Source: Candidatus Saccharimonadota bacterium (GTDB taxonomy: Bacteria > Bacillota_I > Bacilli_A > Mycoplasmatales > Hepatoplasmataceae). From it: 32,000 nucleotides of DNA. How positions within the stretch are numbered: the first letter of the stretch is position 1; every line of letters begins with the position of its first letter. The notes below the pieces were generated by a model that saw only the letters and a list, made by a program, of their open reading frames with translations, ran no database searches and was not told the DNA's origin. The position numbers and the translations under genes were made by a program. This document shows positions 28,844 through 32,000 of the stretch, one piece after another. The DNA is taken from contig NZ_CP006932.1 in NCBI RefSeq assembly GCF_000582535.1, positions 450,001-482,000 on the forward strand, read 5' to 3'.

Positions 28844-30752
28844 TTAAAAATGAATCCTCCAAACCAAATTCAACATTATCTTCAATTCATCTTCTTCTAG
28901 CTTCGATATCTTGTCCCATCAAAATTTCAATTATTTTCTGTGCACTTTCTGTATTCTTTACTTGAATCAAAGTTCTTGTTTTAGGATTCATTGTTGTTTC
29001 TCACAATTGTTCATAGTTCATTTCTCCTAATCCTTTATATCTTTGAATTTCATAATTTGTTTGATTATTTGTTCTCTCTTTTAATTCATTTATTGATCAA
29101 GCATAAGTAAATGTCTTATTTTTTTTATCAGTTATTTTAAATAAAGGAGGAAGAGCAATATATATTCTTTTTTGATTAATCATTTCCTGCATAAAATTAT
29201 AAAAAAAGGTAAGTAAGAGAGCTTGAATATGTGCACCATCAGTATCAGCATCAGTCATTATAATAATCTTTCCATAATTTGCTTTTTTAATTTCAAAATT
29301 ACCAGAAAATCCTGCTCCTATTGCATTTATAATTGTAGATAATTCTTCATTTTCAATGATAGCTCGTAAACTAGCTTTTTCTGTATTAATAATTTTCCCT
29401 TTTAATGGTAAAATTGCTTGAATTTTGCGATTTCTTCCCATTTTTGCACTACCACCAGCAGAATCTCCTTCTACAATGAATAATTCTTTTTCAAGTGGAT
29501 TTTTTGATTGTGCTGGAACCAATTTTCCTGCAAAAGATTTTTTTGCTTTTACATTCAATTCACGTGTTGCTTGTCTTGCTCTTTTTGCTGCATCACGTGC
29601 TTTTTTTGTTGCATAAGCAAATTTAATTATTTCAATAGCTTCTTTTTTATTTCTATAAAGATAATCTTTTATTTCTTGATAAACTTTTTTTTCAAAAAAA
29701 TTACGAGCAAATTGTGAAGATAATTTTGTTTTAGTTTGTCCCTCAAATTGAACTAATGATTCAATAAGATAAATTGAAATTGCACAATATATTCCTTCTC
29801 TTACATCTTGCCCATCTAAACTTTTACCATTTTGTTGTAATTTCTGTTCCACCGCATATTCATTTATTGCTTTAGTAAGAGCTACTTTGAATCCTGTTTC
29901 ATGTGAACCACCATCTAAAGTGCGAATATTATTTACATAAGAAAAAATATTTTCATATATTGATTTTGTATAGCAAAAAGAAATTCTTACCAAAATCTTT
30001 GTTTCATCTCTTAAATTAAAATTAATTATATTTGTTATTTTAGATTCATTTTTTGTTAATTGCTCAAGAAAAGATTTTAAGCCATCGGGATAATGAAATA
30101 AATATTTATTCTCATTTTTTAAATCATAATATTCAATTTTTAATTTTGGATTTAAATATGAAATCTCTTTTATTCTTTCTAAAATTTCATGAGAACTAAA
30201 ATTTATTGTTGAAAAGATATTTTTATCTGCTTTAAATTCAATTTCTGTTCCCGTTTGATTAGTATTTCCTAAAATTTTTAATTCACTTACTTTTCGTCCC
30301 CCGTTTTTAAATTCAATTTGATATTCTTTATGATCTTTTCAAGTTTTTACAATCAAATATTCAGAAAGTGCATTTACTACTGAAGCACCAACTCCATGTA
30401 GTCCTCCTGAAATAAAATATCCAGAATTTTTTCCTCCAAATTTACCACCAGCATGTAATACAGTAAAAATTGTTTCAATTGTTGGTTTTTTTGTCTTAGG
30501 ATGAATATCTATAGGAATTCCTCTTCCATCATCTCTTATAATAAGAGAATTATTTTTAGTAAGAGTTATCTTGATTTTAGTTGCAAATCCAGCAAGATGT
30601 TCATCTACTGAATTATCAATAATTTCCCGAAATAGTTGATGTAATCCTTTTGATCTTGTATCACCTATATACATTCCTGGACGTTTACGTACAGCATCTA
30701 AATTTTCAATTACTTCGATTGAATTAGCATTATAGTCTTTTATTTTTTCCAT
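28833..30752 (-). CDS. parE: DNA topoisomerase IV subunit B
   Basis: [91 protein letters not shown] (that W is TGA at 29001-29003). Fragments 30339..30752 and 29097..29993 are in one frame. TAA at 28833-28835, 639 aa. The 3' end overlaps the parC start by 11 nt. The ParE (rather than GyrB) call rests on the linkage to parC. Confidence 0.9.
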
Positions 30753-30767
30753 ATTTTATAAAGCATA

Positions 30768-31262
30768 TTAAACAAATTTTAATAATTTTGAATCATAAAA
30801 AGATTTATTTATTAAAATTAAAAAGGCGTTGAAATTTCTAACTCTTGTTTTTAAAAGAGAATCTTTTAAATTAAGATAAAAATTTAATAATTTATATTCA
30901 TTATCTATAGTAAATTGATTACTATTTTTATAATCAAAATACGCATCTAAAAAAATTTCAAATTCTTTTTTATAAGTAAAATTTTTATTATAAAAATTAA
31001 AGACATTAATAATAAAAAGAGCTTTATTATTAATGTCTAGATCTAAAATTTCTTTTGCAATTAGATCAGAAAAATTTTCTTTTATACTTATATTTTCTGA
31101 AATTTGATAAATATAATATTCAAAAAAATGATTATTAAATTTTTCCTTTTTGATTGTAAGATTTATTAATTTTGTAATAAAAGAAAATTTATAAAAATAA
31201 TCTTGCTTTTTTAATCATTTTTTAAAATTTTTATCTTTTTTATAATTACTTAAATTATTCAT
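30768..31262 (-). CDS. hypothetical protein
   Basis: ATG at 31262. I checked every in-frame codon down to TAA at 30768-30770 (one TGA). 164 aa, soluble-looking, Asn/Lys/Phe-rich (MNNLSNYKKDKNFKKWLKKQDYFYKF...). No motif recognised. Confidence 0.5.
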
Positions 31263-31264
31263 AA

Positions 31265-31504
31265 TTATTTTCGTTTTTTATATGTTTGCTTATTTTTCCC
31301 TTTTAAAGCATTCATTGTATTACGAATTTGTGCTTCAGAGGGTTTTCTTCCCATTGATTGAAACATTGCTCGTATCTGTTGTTCTGATATTGGTGGATTT
31401 TTTTTAATTTGTCTTTCAATTAATTTTTTTGTAAAATAAAATGTAAAAAATATAGTAATTGGAAATAAACAAATAAAAACAATTGCAGTAATTTCTCAAG
31501 CCAT
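31265..31504 (-). CDS. UPF0154 / YneF-family small membrane protein
   Basis: MAWEITAIVFICLFPITIFFTFYFTKKLIERQIKKNPPISEQQIRAMFQSMGRKPSEAQIRNTMNAL. An N-terminal TM is followed by the KKNPPI...QMGRKPS...I pattern characteristic of YneF-family proteins. 79 aa, TAA stop. Confidence 0.75.
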
Positions 31505-31507
31505 AAT

Positions 31508-31990
31508 TTATTTTTCCTTTTTATTATTATTAGATTTTTGTGATTTCTCTTTTTCTCTTTTAATTTGCTCTTTTAATTCTTGTTGTTCTTTTTTAAGTTG
31601 AATTTTCAATTCTTTACGTTCTTCTTTTGTTTGTATTTTTTGCTCTTTCTTAGTTGATTTTAATTGAATTTTGCTTTCCAAATTTTTAACATTTTTTTGA
31701 TAATTAATCTTTTCTTTTTGTATTGCTAAAAGATCTTGTGCTGATTGTGCTTGTTGTTCTTTTTCTTGTAATTGACTTTTAAATTCAACATTTTCAATTA
31801 CTGCTCCTCTTTGCACTTTTGGTTTATTTTTATCAAAAATTGATTTTGTTTTTGCTTTTCAATTTTTAGTTTTATTGTTTAATTTTGGACCATATATTTG
31901 TCAACGAGCGAAAATAATAATTAAAATTAAAAGGAAAATTATTCCTAAAAAGAACATATGCAACAATAAATACTGTGCTCATAATTCCAT
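31508..31990 (-). CDS. hypothetical membrane-anchored Lys/Glu/Gln-rich protein
   Basis: ATG at 31990 (MELWAQYLLLHMFFLGIIFLLILIIIFARW...), in frame with track ORF 31508..31816 (whose 'M' is a GTG) through TGA codons. 160 aa, with one TM and then a charged low-complexity tail (...KEQKIQTKEERKELKIQLKKEQQELKEQIKREKEK). TAA at 31508-31510. Confidence 0.55.
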
Positions 31991-32000
31991 GAGTTAATTA

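Noticed and set aside
852-29717. Plus-strand ORFs in the track: 852..1157, 1542..1742, 2587..2811, 12697..12969, 14023..14214, 17223..17405, 28753..28965, 29425..29616, 29508..29717.
   Set aside because: Each lies entirely antisense to a minus-strand gene with strong homology or an unbroken code-4 frame (engB, permeases, PTS, OppF-like, parC/parE). Their translations are low-complexity with no motifs. They are shadow ORFs.
26306-30752. The topoisomerase pair could be gyrB-gyrA rather than parE-parC.
   Set aside because: The A subunit has HGNNGS and EKK.VPF...NFDD, as in Gram-positive ParC/GrlA, and I saw no GyrA-box-like QRRGGKG in the C-terminal domain. A phylogeny would be needed for certainty.
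1731-31990. Widespread gene fragmentation, which could suggest pseudogenes or a decaying genome.
   Set aside because: All interruptions I inspected are TGA, in frame, at or near conserved Trp positions. No frameshifts or TAA/TAG interruptions were found in any gene I checked codon by codon. Genetic code 4 explains everything.
1-32000. Search for tRNA/rRNA/ncRNA genes, CRISPR arrays, IS elements, integrases, phage or restriction-modification genes.
   Set aside because: There are no GC-enriched structured islands outside coding frames, no spaced direct repeats and no transposase/integrase/methylase-like translations. Intergenic space is under 120 nt everywhere, leaving no room for such elements.

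Overview
This is a very AT-rich chromosome segment (roughly 20-25% GC by eye) of Mollicutes type, and it only makes sense under genetic code 4 (TGA=Trp). Every break between same-frame ORF-track fragments is a single TGA. All stops I infer as real are TAA or TAG. TGA also sits at invariant Trp positions, for example the LWETTM motif of ParE. Many 'M' starts in the supplied track are really TTG or GTG codons.

After re-joining fragments I call 30 CDS. Twenty-nine are on the minus strand, tightly packed with 2-60 nt spacers or short overlaps; only rpsT is on the plus strand.

Gene order in minus-strand transcription direction (high to low coordinates):
- three small proteins, including a YneF/UPF0154 homologue
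- parE-parC
- an EzrA-like membrane-anchored coiled-coil protein
- thiI, hprK, lgt, trxB, whiA
- an ECF-S-like membrane protein
- an OppD-like/OppF-like ABC ATPase pair whose catalytic motifs are all degenerate
- two small membrane proteins
- a glucose-family PTS EIICB
- a GntR/HutC regulator
- (rpsT on plus)
- a DUF2779-type two-nuclease-domain protein
- two ABC-permease-like paralogues, a fused two-NBD ABC ATPase (836 aa) and two more permease paralogues
- engB and a membrane protein
- a truncated hypothetical ORF

I saw no rRNA, tRNA, CRISPR array, transposase, integrase, phage or restriction-modification genes, and no recognisable defence system.

The most unusual items are:
- the intact but catalytically dead Opp-type ATPase pair, with no OppABC in the window
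- the 2+2 permease / fused double-ATPase cluster
- the EzrA-like gene that standard-code ORF calling hides

All calls come from reading translations by eye. No database search was run.
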